The notes beneath the pieces are model-generated. The model had not been told where the DNA came from. It searched no databases and saw nothing but the letters and a program-made list of their open reading frames with translations. A stretch of 64,000 bases of DNA from Eledone cirrhosa (Eukaryota): the NCBI GenBank assembly GCA_964016885.1, contig OZ024764.1, positions 26,412,001 through 26,476,000 of the forward strand. Direction: 5' to 3'. Shown here piece after piece: positions 40,292-55,145 of this stretch (position 1 is the first letter of the stretch; each line of letters begins with the position of its first letter). A program made the translations under genes and the position numbers.

Positions 40292-43200
40292 TTATATATA
40301 CTATATTTAGGTTTAATTAATACATATATTGATGATTGGAATCATGGTCTTAAGATTACCCAAATCGATACTAACTATTACAAATACAGATCTGTCTAAG
40401 GCTATGTTACCTACATATTAATTGTTCTGAAAAGATGCATCAGTCTTCTCCTCTATGGAGCAGAAACGTGGCCCCACACAAAGTCGATTGAGCCCTGAGG
40501 ACCATCTAAAACATCAGCCCACAGCCTTACTCTCGTTCAACACAGTAGCACCTGGTTGGCTCTACCCATGATGATGCCGGTCTAGATATACAAAATACTC
40601 GAATATAAGGTGAGCCTCCTCCCTATCTTATGTCTAAGAAGTGGGCAAAAATGCGAACCTTATTTACGTAGAATTTGAAGTTGGCGAAAATTGTCCTTGC
40701 TACAAAACTATTGACTCCCTATATAAGTCAACCCCTTACTACATATTCCCTGGCTTCTATTTGTGTATATCCCGTTATATATGTACAAAACACTAGCAGT
40801 TCCTTAATGGCTATATATCCCGTTATATTTATATAGAAAGAGAAACGGAAAGAAAGCGAGATAACACTCGGAATATGTCGTGTTATCTTGCTTTCTTTCC
40901 GTTTCTTTTTTTTTTAAAAAAGAAGTAAAATGTTAGCTATAAGTATGCCTATTTGACTCTGTAGAATTGCGGCTTGTGCGTGGCGCTGCACGTAGCGTTT
41001 CTGGCTTCGCTGTCGTACTTCGGTATGGCATGACCACTCGATCGTGTCTGAAGTTCGAATCGTTGCGGGGGTCGGCCGGGACCGTTGCAGGCTGGCTTTA
41101 TGCTGGCCTGCTCTCCCGCCTCGCATGAGTTTTTGCCAAACAATTTGACGAGAGTTATCTCCCTTTGAATGGATTTATTTGCCCTTTGTTGACATTGAAC
41201 TACTTCCGGTTTGTGGAACTCTCCTTCCTTTGTTGTCATTTCTTGAAGCTGTAACATCATTCTATTTACTCTGGGACTATTAACGATATCTGTTTGGATT
41301 TTACGTGTAAAGAGGTATGTAAAGTTTTATTCACACTCACGGATATTATTGAGACACAAAAATACATTTCATTATCTTGGAAATATACATTCTTTTAATG
41401 TTTTAGTTGCCATGTCTTTTAAATTTATTCTAAACACTCTTCACAGAACTAAACCTCCTTCCGAGAAACAAAACAAAACAAATAATATATACACGCAGCT
41501 ACCTCTTCTAACTAAACATACATGTTACTTTCCTCTTTATACTATACCATCGTAATTTCTACGTCGAGTTACCTCGGCATCACCACCTTTACTCCAACTC
41601 AGCATTCTCTCTTGCACACATCATATCAACTATATATTTATATTATAATCGTATCTCTATTACACCTTCTCTGTATATACTTACTTAGAAGAAAGGTATA
41701 TCTCCTCATTATACACAGTATCCGGAGCTATATAAGAAACTGTAGTATATAGAATACAGACCCTCTCTCTATACATAAACACACTTCGAAGTATCGTATA
41801 TATGCAGCATCTACATACACACAAGGCAAAGTTAAAACCCTCTTCTCTACTACTTTTCCCGAGGATACTTACATAAAACTCTGGATATTTTATCAAGGCA
41901 TCTATTTTTTGTATGTAGAAGACATTATATTCACTATCCTTCTCAATAGAGGAAAACAACTCCCCATACATACAGTTTCTTTATAGAATACACTGCCTTG
42001 TTATATAAATATTGTACAGATGTGTGTATATAATACACTTCTATATATTGTGTGTACACAGCAAAGAATCTACTTTTTGTATGTAGAGACTCCTCTGTAA
42101 CATCTAGAAGGCTTATATTTACTATCCTCCTCTATAATAAAAAAAAACCCATATATACAGTAATACCTTATCTAGAGGCATATAAGAAACTGTATTTCAC
42201 CCACTCTCCTAAGAAACTAAACTGTTCATGATAAAGAGGTTTAATTTCTGCCTCTAGAAAAGTATTGGTGTTAGAGCTGTGTAATCTGGATTGTTTTTAT
42301 TAATACCCTCTGCTTCTTTCCAGGTATGTTGAAGATCTCCGCCAGCTCAACTTAGTGTGTAGATACACACAGTCGTCTCAAGAAATAAAATAACTCCAAC
42401 AACAAAATGTAGTTTATTTATTGATCTTTATTTCACATTTTCGTTTCTTATATATATATACACAGGTAGTATCTTACATGTAGATCGTTTAACTTTCATT
42501 TATATTAAATATATAGGAATTAACAGCTGTGTATATCTAACTAGTGGATTGTTAAACACATGCCTAGAGATAAAAAGGTATTAACATGCGAGAGAATTCA
42601 ATTATTATGTAATTAGTGAGAAACATCCTTCTTGAAAGAAGTGTATATACACTATAGAATCCCAGTAAGAAACATCCTTCCTACTGAAAGAAGTAAGTGT
42701 GGTGCTATAGAAAAGTTTCTTTGAGAATGGAAACTGTATATATAGGTATTCTATATCTCCTGTAAGAGGTTATGTGGATATTCTATATCTCTCTCATACT
42801 TACCAGTAAGTATATAAGTATTAATAAAGAAGTTTCATATTATAAACATTTATAATGTGTATATATAGAGTATTCTAGTAAGTTTATTTCCTTCTGTATA
42901 TAGAATAAATTTGTATTCTATATCTCTCCCAGTATGTATATAGGAATAGAAGTATGAATTCAGTTCGAATCATCTTTCATGAAAGTAATGTATATAATGC
43001 AGTATTCTAGTGGGGCCATTTCTTTCTTTCTGTATGTATACATATGCCTAGAGATATAAGGGTGTTAATATGTATGGATTCTATAGAAGTAAGTGTATAT
43101 ATACACATGGTTTTAAGGTAATAGTATCCTATAGAATAGACATACTTATCTCTATGTAGAGAAAAAAGTTTAACCCCTTAGCTATATTTATATAAACATA

Positions 43201-46200
43201 CATATGTATGTATATATACATACGTATGTCTGTATACATATATACGTACGTATATATATATATATACATACGTATGTATGTACATACGTATGTATTTATA
43301 TACGTACGTATGTATGTACATACATATGTAGGTATATACATACGTACGTATGTATGTATGTATACATACGTATGTATGTATATATACCTATGTATGCATA
43401 CATACGTATGTCTGTATACATATGTATATATATATACATACATACGTATGTATATACATACGTATGTATGTACTTACGTATGTATTTATATACATACGTC
43501 TGTATGTACATACATACATATGTAAGTACATACGTATGTATTTACATACGTATGTATATACATACGTATGTATGTATATACATACATACGTACTTACATA
43601 TGTATATACATACGTATGTATGTATATATACATATACGTACGTATCTACATATATATGTACATACATATGTAAGTACATACATATGTAAGTACATACATA
43701 TGTATGTATATATACATATGTATTTAAATACTTATGTACTTACATACGTATGTATATACATACATGTGTATGTACATACATACATATGTATGTACATACG
43801 TACGTATGTAAGTACATACATACGTATGTATATATACATATACGTATGTACATACATATGTATGTATATACATACGTATATACATACGTATGTATGTACA
43901 TACATACTTATGTATATACATACATATGTATGTACATACATACTTATGTATATACATACATATGTATGTATATACATACATATGTATATATACATACATA
44001 TGTATATATACATACATACGTATGTATATATGCATATGTATGTATATATACATATGTATGTATATATACATACGTATATATATATACATACGTATATATA
44101 TATGCATATGTATGTACATACGTATATGTATATATACATATGTATATATATATATACATACGTATATATACATACTTCTGTATATATACATACATATACA
44201 TGCATATGTATGTATAAATATACATACATCTTTAATTCCTTAGCTATATTTATATAATACAGTAGTCTAGAGATATAAGGGTATTAATATGTATGTAGGT
44301 TGTTGTCTTTATATGTGTAGTGTAACTTCTAAATTTACAATGAAGATATGCTTTATATACACTAAAGTGTTTATATGGTGAGTATCCCTGTCTAGAGGAG
44401 AACAGGGTATTGATGTATCCTTTAAAGAAAAGGGTAACTGCGTACATATGGTTCTACATACTGTACTCTATTGAACACAACTTCAATATATAATGGAGGT
44501 ACTTCTTCCAATATAGAGAAGAAGGTATATTATAGACATGAAGTAAGCTTTGTGTGTATGTAAAGAACACTAAATTTCTTTGTATTTATACAGTTAGCTC
44601 TGTTGCTTCTTAGGAATCATGTACACGTTCTACTGTGAGATCCTTATACACAACTAGAAGAACAATAGTAGTAGTTTCCTAAGAGACATATGTGTAGTAT
44701 CTAGCGAGAATGTTTTGATCTGTATGTACAGATCAAAACCTCTTATCTTATATATGTATGATCACTTCCAGGTTTCTACATACACGTGTATAATATAAAG
44801 AGACACACACAATGTGGGTTTAGATATGTTCTATAGAATACAGTTTCTTATATACAGACATGTCTACATTGATGTTATTTACCTGTATATAGAGATGGCT
44901 TGTTTCTAATAGGTGTATCTAGGAAATAATTTATATAATATGAATCTAGTATACAGTGACAGAAGGTTTTTGTCTTCCTACAGTGTAAGAGGTGTCTAGT
45001 GTGTGTATATATACAGGGAGTAAATAATAAGGCAACAAAGGAAAATACTGGTTTATTCTTTTATTTCACAATTTATTTACCTTTCTTCTTGAGATCGGGT
45101 TGTAGTAGTCTCCAGGTCTGGTGCTGTTCCTTAGGAATATAAAATAGGTTAGTTGTGTATATATAAAGGTTTAGTTTTGTATCTAGTGAAGAACGTTTAT
45201 ATATGGATGATGTAGCTATCAAGCAGGTGAGGATGCTAGAAGTAGTAGTAAGGAGTGTTACGGCAGAGTAATGGAGCTACCATGCTTCGTTATATATAAA
45301 ATATAACTGTATGGTTTAGCTTCTATATTCATATGTCTAGAGAAGGTTTATTTTCATGTCTATTATTCCAGTATGAACAAGTTTGTATATTGCGCCTCAT
45401 AAGTATCTGTTATGATAGAAGGGAGACGGTTTATATATGAATATAGCTTCATGTGTACGTATGTCCCCAGGATTCTTCCTCTACATGGTTTAGAATAAAT
45501 TTACGGCTAATACATTAAATATGCCTGAAGTGTTTGTGTATTGACGTGAAAAAGTGTCTTCTTGTATATAGAATATCTGTGTATTCAGGTATAAGGTTTA
45601 TATACAGAAGATAAAATGTATATAGAGAGGAAGCTTGGTTATATTTCCTTACAAGTATGTATATAGTATCGAGAGAAGATTTAGTTGTAACATGTTAGAA
45701 GAGGTGTATATATACAGATCATGGTTAGTTTTGTTTCATAATAGAGGAGGGTAACATGTATGTTTAGTTAGAAGAGGTAGCTGCGTGTATATATTTAGTT
45801 TTGTTTCTTTAAAAGACATGGCAACTTACTTTTGTGTCTCAATAATGTGTGTATATACGGCAAATAAAACTTTACATACCTCTTTACACGAACGTAAAAT
45901 CCAAACAGATATCGTTAATAGTCCCAGAGTAAATAGAATGATGTTACAGCTTCAAGAAATGACCACAAAGGAAGGAGAGTTCCACAAACCGGAAGTAGTT
46001 CAATGTCAACAAAGGGCAAATAACTCCATTCAAAGGGAGATAACTCTCGTCAAATTGTTTGACAAAAACTCATGCGAGGGCAGGCCAGCATAAAGACAGC
46101 CTGCAACGGACCCGGCCGAACCCCGCAACGATTCGAACTTCAGACACGATCGAGTGGTCATGCCATACCGAAGTACGACAGCGAAGCCAGAAACGCTACG

Positions 46201-46880
46201 TGCAGCGCCACGCACAAGCCGCAATTCTACAGAGTCAAATAGGCATACTTATAGCTAACATTTTACTTCTTTTTTAAAAAAAAAAGAAACAGAAAGAAAG
46301 CAAGATAACACGACATATTCCGAGTGTTATCTCGCTTTCTTTCCGTTTCTCTTTCTATATAAATATAACGGGATATATAGCCATTAAGGAACTGCTAGTG
46401 TTTTGTACATATATAACGGGATATACACGAATAGAAGCCAGGGAATATGTAGTAAAGGGTTGATTTATATAGGGAGTCAATAGTTTGACCATTTTCGCCA
46501 ACTTCAAATTCTACGTAAATAAGGTTCGCATTTTTGCCCACTTCTCAGACATAAGATAGGGAGGAGGGTCACCTTATATTCGAGTATTTTGTACATCTAT
46601 TCTTGTTAGACTAGACCGGCATCATCAGGTGTTACTGCGTTGAATGAGACTAAGGCTGGGATGGTCCTCAGGGGACTGCTGACAATCGTCTTTGTGAGGG
46701 GCCACGTTTCTGCTCCATAGAGGAGAAGACTGATGCATCTTTTCAGAACAATTAATATGTAGGTAACATAGCCTTAGAGAGATCTGTATTTGTAATAGTT
46801 AGTATCGATTTTGGGTAATCTTAAGACCATGATTCCAATCATCAATATATGTATTGATTAAACCTAAATATAGTATATAA
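40292..46880. repeat. Long inverted repeat, arms about 40292-41530 and 45752-46880, spacer about 4.2 kb; a third diverged partial copy at about 47600-48045
   Basis: Mirror ORFs (40914-41260 minus versus 45785-46277 plus) and reverse-complement matches at both arm ends. Confidence 0.92.
43196..44230. repeat. Complex (TA/TACA/TATG/TACG)n microsatellite
   Basis: Alternating purine-pyrimidine low-complexity DNA that generates many spurious ORFs. Confidence 0.95.
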
Positions 46881-48354
46881 AGAAGTGGATTTTAAAATAT
46901 GCAATGATAGTGTCGAGAGAAGGTTGGCTGAATATGAAGTGGTACTTCTAACAATGTACCACTATGAATAAGACAGAAGGCGGTGTATGTAGATAGAATG
47001 TTTAATTTTCCTGAGTATGAAGGGGTTTTAGTTATTATTCTTAGTAAAAAGACGGTTATATTATACATATACGTCTCTAACATTCCTCCTGTATATGAAG
47101 GGTAGTGAAATATATTCATGTGTCTCAGGAATAACTACGTGTTTATCGATGAATTTAAGGGACAACTAAAACATTACATACCTCTTTAGAAGAATGAAGG
47201 TGTATATATAAATGTAGCTTTATATGTGTATATTGATCTAGATAGGAAACGTTTCTTCCAGTGTATGGATTATAGAGGTGAATGCATACACTAAAGAATG
47301 TTAATATATATCTAAGACTGTATTTTCGAGTGTTTAGCAATGAATTAAAATATACATGGCAAATAAAGCGTTCGTATAGGTAAATTAGAGGGTATTTTAC
47401 CTCAGCTAAAGAACATTTATATATATATAAATCTAATTTTGTGTGTGTATTTAGGTTTAAATAAAACAATATGTACGTCTCTAGAATCTTTCTGTATATA
47501 GAATAATTGTTTCTACTTTTGGCACAAGGCCAGCAATTATCCAGTGCATTACTGGTACTTTATTTTATCGACCCCATAAGGATGAAAGGCATATAATAAT
47601 GTATGTCTGTGAGTGTATATACGGCAAATAAAACATTACATACCTCTCACCATTAGTATAATATCCAGACTGATTCTATCAAATTACACGAGTAAATCCA
47701 AACGATGTTAAGAGTTTAATTCAATAAAGAAGAATGACAACAAACGAGAATAGTTCCAATCAGGGGCAAGTAATTCAAACGATAACTCGGCGAATTTTTT
47801 AGTAAAACTCAATGCGAGGCGGGGACGCAGGCCAGCATAAAGCCGGGCTGCCGCCGCAACGATTCGATCTTCAGACACATAGAATGGTCATGCCATACCG
47901 AAGTACGACAGCGAAGCCCGAAACGTTACGTGCAGCGCCATGCACAGAGCGCAACTCTACTGTGTAAATTAGTCATACTTATAGTTAGAATTTTATTTAT
48001 TAAAAAAATATATATATAGAAACGGAATGAAGACGAGATAACTGAGGGCGTGGAGAAATATCTCTTTCTGAATATATTTGTCATAGCAACACACTCACAT
48101 ATATTTATTTATGAGGGATTCTCAACGTGGGGTGCACGCCCCACAGGGGATAATTTGAATATAATAGGGGTCAATTTGAAAGTCATATAATACGACCCAA
48201 CTCCCTGTTACACTTCGTATACACATGTTATCGTGTATCTGGCAGCACCTGCGAGAAGTTTGTTTACATTAATAAAAACGATGATTTGTTGTCTTCAGTA
48301 GTTCCAAACCTTTTTTGCTCCATGCCCCACCTCAACGTTTAAAAATTAGGTTTA

Positions 48355-50049
48355 TGTTCCCCTTTAATATAGAAATAAACCGAGTCTTGTAAAAGTGTTA
48401 CTACTGTAATATAAAGTAGAAATGCTTTAATTAAACAAAGCTACGATGCCGCGATGATCAAAACAAACTTCAAAATATAAACAAACTTCTCGTAGCTGCT
48501 GCCAGATACACGATAACATGTGAACAAAGTGTAACTGGAAGTTTGGTCGTATTATATCACTTTCTAATTGGCCCCTATTAAATTCAAATTGCCCCCTGTG
48601 GGGCGTGTACCCTTCGTTGAGAATCCCTGATATATAAATATACATAAGTGTGTTGTTATGACTGCTATTTCTAGTAGGTTTCTGGCTGTCCTGTAGACGC
48701 ACAACAAAAACCGGAAGTGGCAGCCATTAAAAAACTTTGGCTTAAAATCAGCCAAAAGATTTTCAATAATAGTAAAATTTTATTTTTGACAAGGACGATA
48801 ACTTTTGTCTTACTTAATCGCAAAAATCGAGGCAAAAATTTTGCGGGTGTGCAGTTTACACGCTAAAATAAACCTGCTAGAAATAGCAGTCATAGCAACT
48901 CACATATATTTATATATCATATATATATATATATATATATCAGCCAAACACACACACTTATATATGTACGTGTGTGTGTGTTGACCGCTATATATATATA
49001 TAGCAGCCAAACACATACACAGACACACATATATATATACATGTGTGTGTATATGTGTGTGTGTTTGTGTGTGTGTCCTCTCGTCTATGGCTGCTATTTT
49101 TACATTGTCCTTCTTTTTGTTATTTTTCTCGGGATTTGCCCGTATTCGAACATGCGACCACCTATTTACAATATAGAATCTTTACAGCTTTACTGACTTT
49201 TAAGTAATCCAAGTTGTAACCCCGGATTTAGGGGTGTTTAATTTATTTTGAAGTATTTTATTATTGGCCTTAGTTAGACGATCGTCCAAGACCATGCTGG
49301 GGCATATATATATATATATGTATATATATATGTGTGTGTGTGTGTATGCTGGGGCATATATATGTGTGTGTGTATATATATATATGTGTGTGTGCTGGGG
49401 CATATATATATATGTGTGTGTCCTTTCTGTTATTCGCTGCTATTTCTAAAGTGTCCATATATATATCATATATGTATATATGATATATGAATATATGTGA
49501 GTTGCTATGACTGCTATTTCTAGCAGGTTTATTTTTAGCGTGTAAACTGCACACCCTCAAAATTTTTGCCTCGATTTTTGCGATTAAGTAAGACAAAAGT
49601 TATCGTCCTTGTCAAAAATAAAATTTTACTATTATTGAAAATCTTTTGGCTGATTTTAAGCCAAAGTTTTTTAATGGCTGCCACTTCCGGTTTTTGTTGT
49701 GCGTCTACAGGACTGCAGTAAACCTGCTAGAAATAGCAGTCATAGCAACACACTCACATATATTTATTTATGAGGGATTCTCAACGTGGGGTGCACGCCC
49801 CACAGGGGATAATTTGAATATAATAGGGGTCAATTTGAAAGTCATATAATACGACCCAACTCCCTGTTACACTTCGTATACACATGTTATCGTGTATCTG
49901 GCAGCACCTGCGAGAAGTTTGTTTACATTTTGGGGTTTGCTTTGATGATCGCTGCATCGCAGCTTTGTTTAAATAAAGGGTTTCTACTTTATATTACAGT
50001 AATAACACTTTTACAAGACTCGGATTGTTTTTATATTAAAGGGGGACAT
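48355..50049. repeat. Inverted repeat, arms about 48355-48930 and 49475-50049
   Basis: Mirror ORFs MADFKPKFFNGCHFRF on both strands; the inner part of about 240 bp is near-identical. Confidence 0.9.
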
Positions 50050-52200
50050 GTTTTTTAAACTCTGAACTCAGCATCTTTCTGTTGTTCTCCGGGATTCTAG
50101 CAAAGTATAAAAATATATATATATATATATAGATATATATATATATATCTGGCAGTCAATCTCAGACTCGAAAAAGCCGCCGCTAATCGTGATCGTTGGG
50201 GTTATAATTAGACTAAAGTGCTTCCACTGGGCACCATTAGCTGGTTGTGATCATTGGAGAATTCTTTCTGCGCTGAAAGAGCCTAGGACTAAAAGATATA
50301 TATATAGATGTCGAAACGGCAGTAGCACAGCCGTTGGGGTCCTGAATATTTTCACATCTATATATGTGTGTGTATTCTGCGACATTTATAATTACATAAG
50401 CAAGCATATTTGAATAACAAAATTTGAGGTTTAAATACTTTATTTTTTACCAATAACATAGAGAAAGGCATGAACAACACCACATGTTATTTACTTTAAT
50501 ATTGAAAGTAGGCTTATAAATATTAAAAAAGCAGATTTTTGTATCTTTCATGGTGGTCTGGTGGGTGATACCAGAGATGGTGGTAGTCCTGGTTTCGGTT
50601 TCAATCCTGGTCATGGGTTACATATAAGGTCTCATTTTTTTTTCTTTCTTTCAGTTTTCTTCTTATCTCTAGATATAAATATATATACATAAGGTAATTT
50701 GGTAGAATTGTTAGAACATCAGATAGAATTCTTTGCAGTATTTTTCCAGTTCTTTACTCTGAGTTCAACTTTACCTTTCTTCCATTCGGTGTGGATAAGT
50801 CTTGAATATGTCTAACGTAGCAATAACTGGAGCTACTTAACCAAGTTTTCCCAACCTAGTCGATGTCACCTACTGGTTGGCTGGGACAATGACCAACTAA
50901 TCAGTCAGATTCGAACTCACTATGTCTGGCATATATTTTATATTTTATATTTGAATGAAGTTCTGTAATTAACCTGGTGGCTTAGATGGCAATACTGCTC
51001 GAATAGATGGCTTCTATTATGAAGTTATAAGTTCATTCCCTATCCAGGATTGTAGAATTAATTTTATTTAGTTATTATTTAATCAATTCTTTTAACAAAC
51101 AAATTATATCTATAAAACGCCAAATATAGTGAGTTCAAATCTGACTGACATGCATGGTATATATTTATGTTTCATTATACAGGGACACAATACACAGGAA
51201 CTTATAAAGATATGTATATATTGTCCAGGAGTTTCGAGTTTAGTGGGAATTGGTACAACTCTCAATTGGAGCTAGTCCCTGCAAGATCAGCATAAATAAT
51301 GTTATACCTTTTCATGAAATCTTGCACACTCGATATTTTATACATGATTATTTAAAGGTGAACAAAAACCAAAGAACATTGTGCAGCATTTCTCAACCTT
51401 TCTACCCATGTCGATCTCTTGAAATAGTTTTTATGTCTCAGGGAAGCCCTGCATAAAATATACTTTTTCTATCTCTAGAGCAGTGGTTCCCAAATCGTGT
51501 GCTGCGAGATGAAACAAGATGAGCTGCAAAAGACTAAGATTAAGTTTTAAGATGTGAAAAATATAAAACTGAAATTTCATATAAAAGTTCAAATATAGCT
51601 ACAGCCACAAACCTAGGCTCCACACCCCGCAATGCAAAAGATAGTAAGATAGTACCAAGGTCTGACTCACCTCTTCCACTCCATTGAGACCTCTGCCATA
51701 CTTGGTCCCTGTACTGCTGATTTCCTCCATAAAGTCGGGAGGAAAGACGACAGGAGCCTCATGAGGAGGGGCGACTATTGTAGCAGGTGTCTCTGGCCTT
51801 GCTCCGAGGTAACGCTTTTACGTTTCTTCCACAGGTTGCGGCTGAGGGACCACTTAGACTGGGGTGAAGTGTCTGTCCCTCCCCCGACTTCTTACTTCTT
51901 TTTTTTTCTCCTTTTCATTTTCTTTTCTCTTCTTGCTTATCTCTGCTATACCACGGCATCAAAAACATATATGATATATGTATGTATGGTATAGGTGTAT
52001 TTATATTTAGGATAGTTATCAAAGGTAAATAGACTGGTTGGAGCAATAACAGTCTTGTTTATGTATATACACACATATATATATATATATATATATGTTT
52101 GTTCTTGTATTTCCATAGAAAAGGTAAAGAAAAGAAGAATGCTCTATGTATTGTACAGAGCTATTTAATTACATAATAAACAACAGAATATAATTATTCC

Positions 52201-54989
52201 ATGCAAATAGACTTAGAATGGAAAACATTCAGACAGAGAAGAATGGATAATGAGCGTCATAAGAGAAATTGGCCAACAATTAATATTAATGGAAATGTAG
52301 AAGAATTTCATATTAGTGATATGAATGTTTCGTGTGATCACTGTGGAGCTTTGAAATTTAGAAATGAAAATTGTAACTGTTGTAATAAAGGAAAGGTTGT
52401 GTTGCCACCATTGCAAATATACCCTGAGAGACTGAGAAATTTCTTTAAAGAGGCCAGGAAGCAGTTGATTTCACAGAAACATCTGCAATTAAAACTACAT
52501 TTATTTCACTTCATTTGGTGTTACCACCAGGCAGAGGCCCGTATAGCTTTCATATTCAGGGTCAAACATATCACTACACCCCCACCTCTGTAACCTGCAG
52601 AAAATACACCACAATATGGCCAGTTATATATTATTGATGGGAACGAAGGTGTGTAGCACAGATTGGAAGTACAACCAAATAATTGTTTCTGGCACAAGGC
52701 CAGCAATTACTTCAGTGTATTACTGGTACTTTATTCTATCGACCCCATAAGGATGAAAACAAAGTCAACCTTGGAGGGATTTGGACCCAGAACGTAATGG
52801 GCCATAACCCTATGCTGCAAAGCATGGTGTCTGACGCTCTACCGATACTGCCAATCCACTGCCCTAGTCCCAACAAATAATGACTGCTCACCACAAAAAA
52901 TGACTATAATAAGAGAGGTGTTGCATGAATGTAATCCATATGTCGAAGTGTACAATACAATGCATGGCATCAAACAGCAAAGTGCAAGAAGAGAAAATTG
53001 TCATGTACAGAACTGTGAATTAAGATTTAGAAGAGGATCAGATATGAGCTGCTATAATTTACCAACTAGTAATGATAGCTGTTGTTTTGTGGGGGATTGA
53101 GGGCACACCACCTGTACAAAGAGATATTATCATCTTTCCTAAAGACCATCCTCCTCAGAAAATACCACATAATTCATGCCACTTGGACCTCATGACCGAC
53201 CCATAATGGTGAATTTTGGTGGCATAGTGACATGCAGAGGAATGCAGGACCTGTGTTTGCAATAGACTGACAATGCAGGAGTATTACATATACTGTATAG
53301 CATATAGAGGAGGATTTAGTGCGATATATAGGGCAGGTAAATTATTTTAGCAGTATTTAGTGGATGCCTATATGAAAGTAGAGGGATGCAGGCTTCAATA
53401 TTTGAGGAACAATCAAGCCCAATTGTGAGTGGATGAGTATAATGGTTTAATGAATTATCTAAACAGATGATAACACTGAGCCTTAAAAAATGAAGACAAG
53501 ATAAGAAACAGAGAAGACATTGACAGAATCGTGTCAGCAGAAATACCTGCATTGGAAGATGATCCAGTACTACATGAGCAGGTTTAAAAGTTTATGATCC
53601 ACAGGCCATGTGGTTCTGGAAACCCTTTTCCCCCATTTATACAAAATGGATTTTTCCAAAAGAACTATCCAAAAACCTACAGAAGGGAAACATTATTGAA
53701 CCTAAATGGATACCCAGAGTACAGGAGGTGCAAGACAGGAACTGCAGTGTAAATTGGATGACATTCAGTAGATAACAGGAATGTTGTGCCATTTAATGCC
53801 TTTTTGCTTAAGAAATATTGTGCACATATTAATGTTGAAGTTTGCGCTTCTGTAAAAAGTGTCAAGTACCTCTTTAAATATGTTACATGGGGCATGATTG
53901 TACATCTATAGAAGTAACGAATAATGCATTACCTAATGAGGCTCAGAACCAACACAACGATGATGAAATAAGAACCTATCTTTGTTGCAGGTATGTATCT
54001 CAGCCAGAAGCAGTGTCGTGTCTCTCCGAATTTAAGCTTCATGGTACATCACATACAGTATACAGCCTAGCCACACACCTGGAGAACAAACAGAGTTTAC
54101 TTTCAAAGAGGCAATGCTCAGGTTGTGGTAGAAATGCAGGGACCCTTGCTGCCTGGTTCAAGCTAAATGAATTTGCTTACACCTTCTGGGATGCCGCCTC
54201 ACAAACTCTCCAATTATAAGCAGGATCAATAATAATGCTTCTATGGAATATTTCAATCCAGAACAGATTATGTAATGGCACAAGATTAGAAGTAGTAGAA
54301 CTGCATAAACATTTTATCAAAGCTTCTCATATCTATGGTCCTTTGATGGGCAGGTGTGTTTTGATCCCAAGACTGAAGTTATCCCCCAGTGGTGCCAACA
54401 TCCCTTTTACTTTGGAAAGACCCCAGTTTCCATTAAGACTTTCATATGCCATGACAATCAACAAGAACCATGGTCAAATACATGATAAAGTGGGTCTGTT
54501 GCTCCCTGAGCAAGTATTTAACCCTGGACAATTGTATGTTGCTTTTTCAAGAGTTCACAGACAGATGTAAAAATTAATCCTACCAAACCCCCACCACTCC
54601 TACAACTGCTAGCTGTTAGCCCACCCCCAGCACCACCCAACCTCCGTTCTAGTCCCACCGTTAGAACCAATGCTGCTTACCCTGCCTCTTTTACTAGTTC
54701 ACTCCGTCGCTCGAATTTCAAAGCTGGCCCTCTACACTTGGTCGTTGCCAGCTCACCACCTGGTTGTGCTCTCTGTGTCCGCACTAGCCGGTACCTAAAC
54801 ACAATAAAATGTCACCTGTGCTACCAAAACTACCACAGGAACTCTGTCGGCATCAGCAAGGCTCAAGCCGAAAGGCTTCAATACTAGACCTGTAATCAGG
54901 GCCACTTTACCTTCGACGACCAGCTTTCTACCGAGTGTGTGTTGATGGAGGGGACATGAGACCAGCAATGTCCTAGGAGTAGAGACTAG
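52201..54989 (+). pseudogene. Decayed Helitron Rep/PIF1 relic, longest copy
   Basis: N-terminal CDHCGALKF..E.CNCCNKGKVVLPPL zinc motif, YGQLYIID, Rep SVKYLFKYV, PIF1 motifs, candidate CTAG end at 54986-54989, SINE inserted at about 52681-52868. Confidence 0.92.
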
Positions 54990-55145
54990 TAAATAATAAA
55001 CGGTCCTAGCTATGTTAAGAATATATATAAGAAAAATGTTCTATACATTTAAGAAGACAAGAGAAATAAATATTTACCTCTTTCATGTAGGTAATATAGC
55101 GGTGTTATAAAAGTATAATAACTGATGCAGGTAGTTTGTTTCAAA

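Noticed and set aside
43129-44257. Many overlapping Y/I/M/H/T-rich ORFs
   Set aside because: Microsatellite translations in multiple frames on both strands.
45785-46277. ORFs in the inverted-repeat arms (MMLQLQEMTTKEGEF...)
   Set aside because: The frames differ between arms and are not kept in the third copy; the splice donor lies on the opposite strand.
49646-49849. Five-copy 63-67 aa ORF MADFKPKFFNGCHFRF...
   Set aside because: Non-ATG starts, no recognisable domain; conservation is explained by recent duplication.
52201-54570. Active autonomous Helitron or a cellular PIF1 gene
   Set aside because: Multiple stops and frameshifts, a SINE insertion, and loss of the helicase N-terminal motifs including Walker A.
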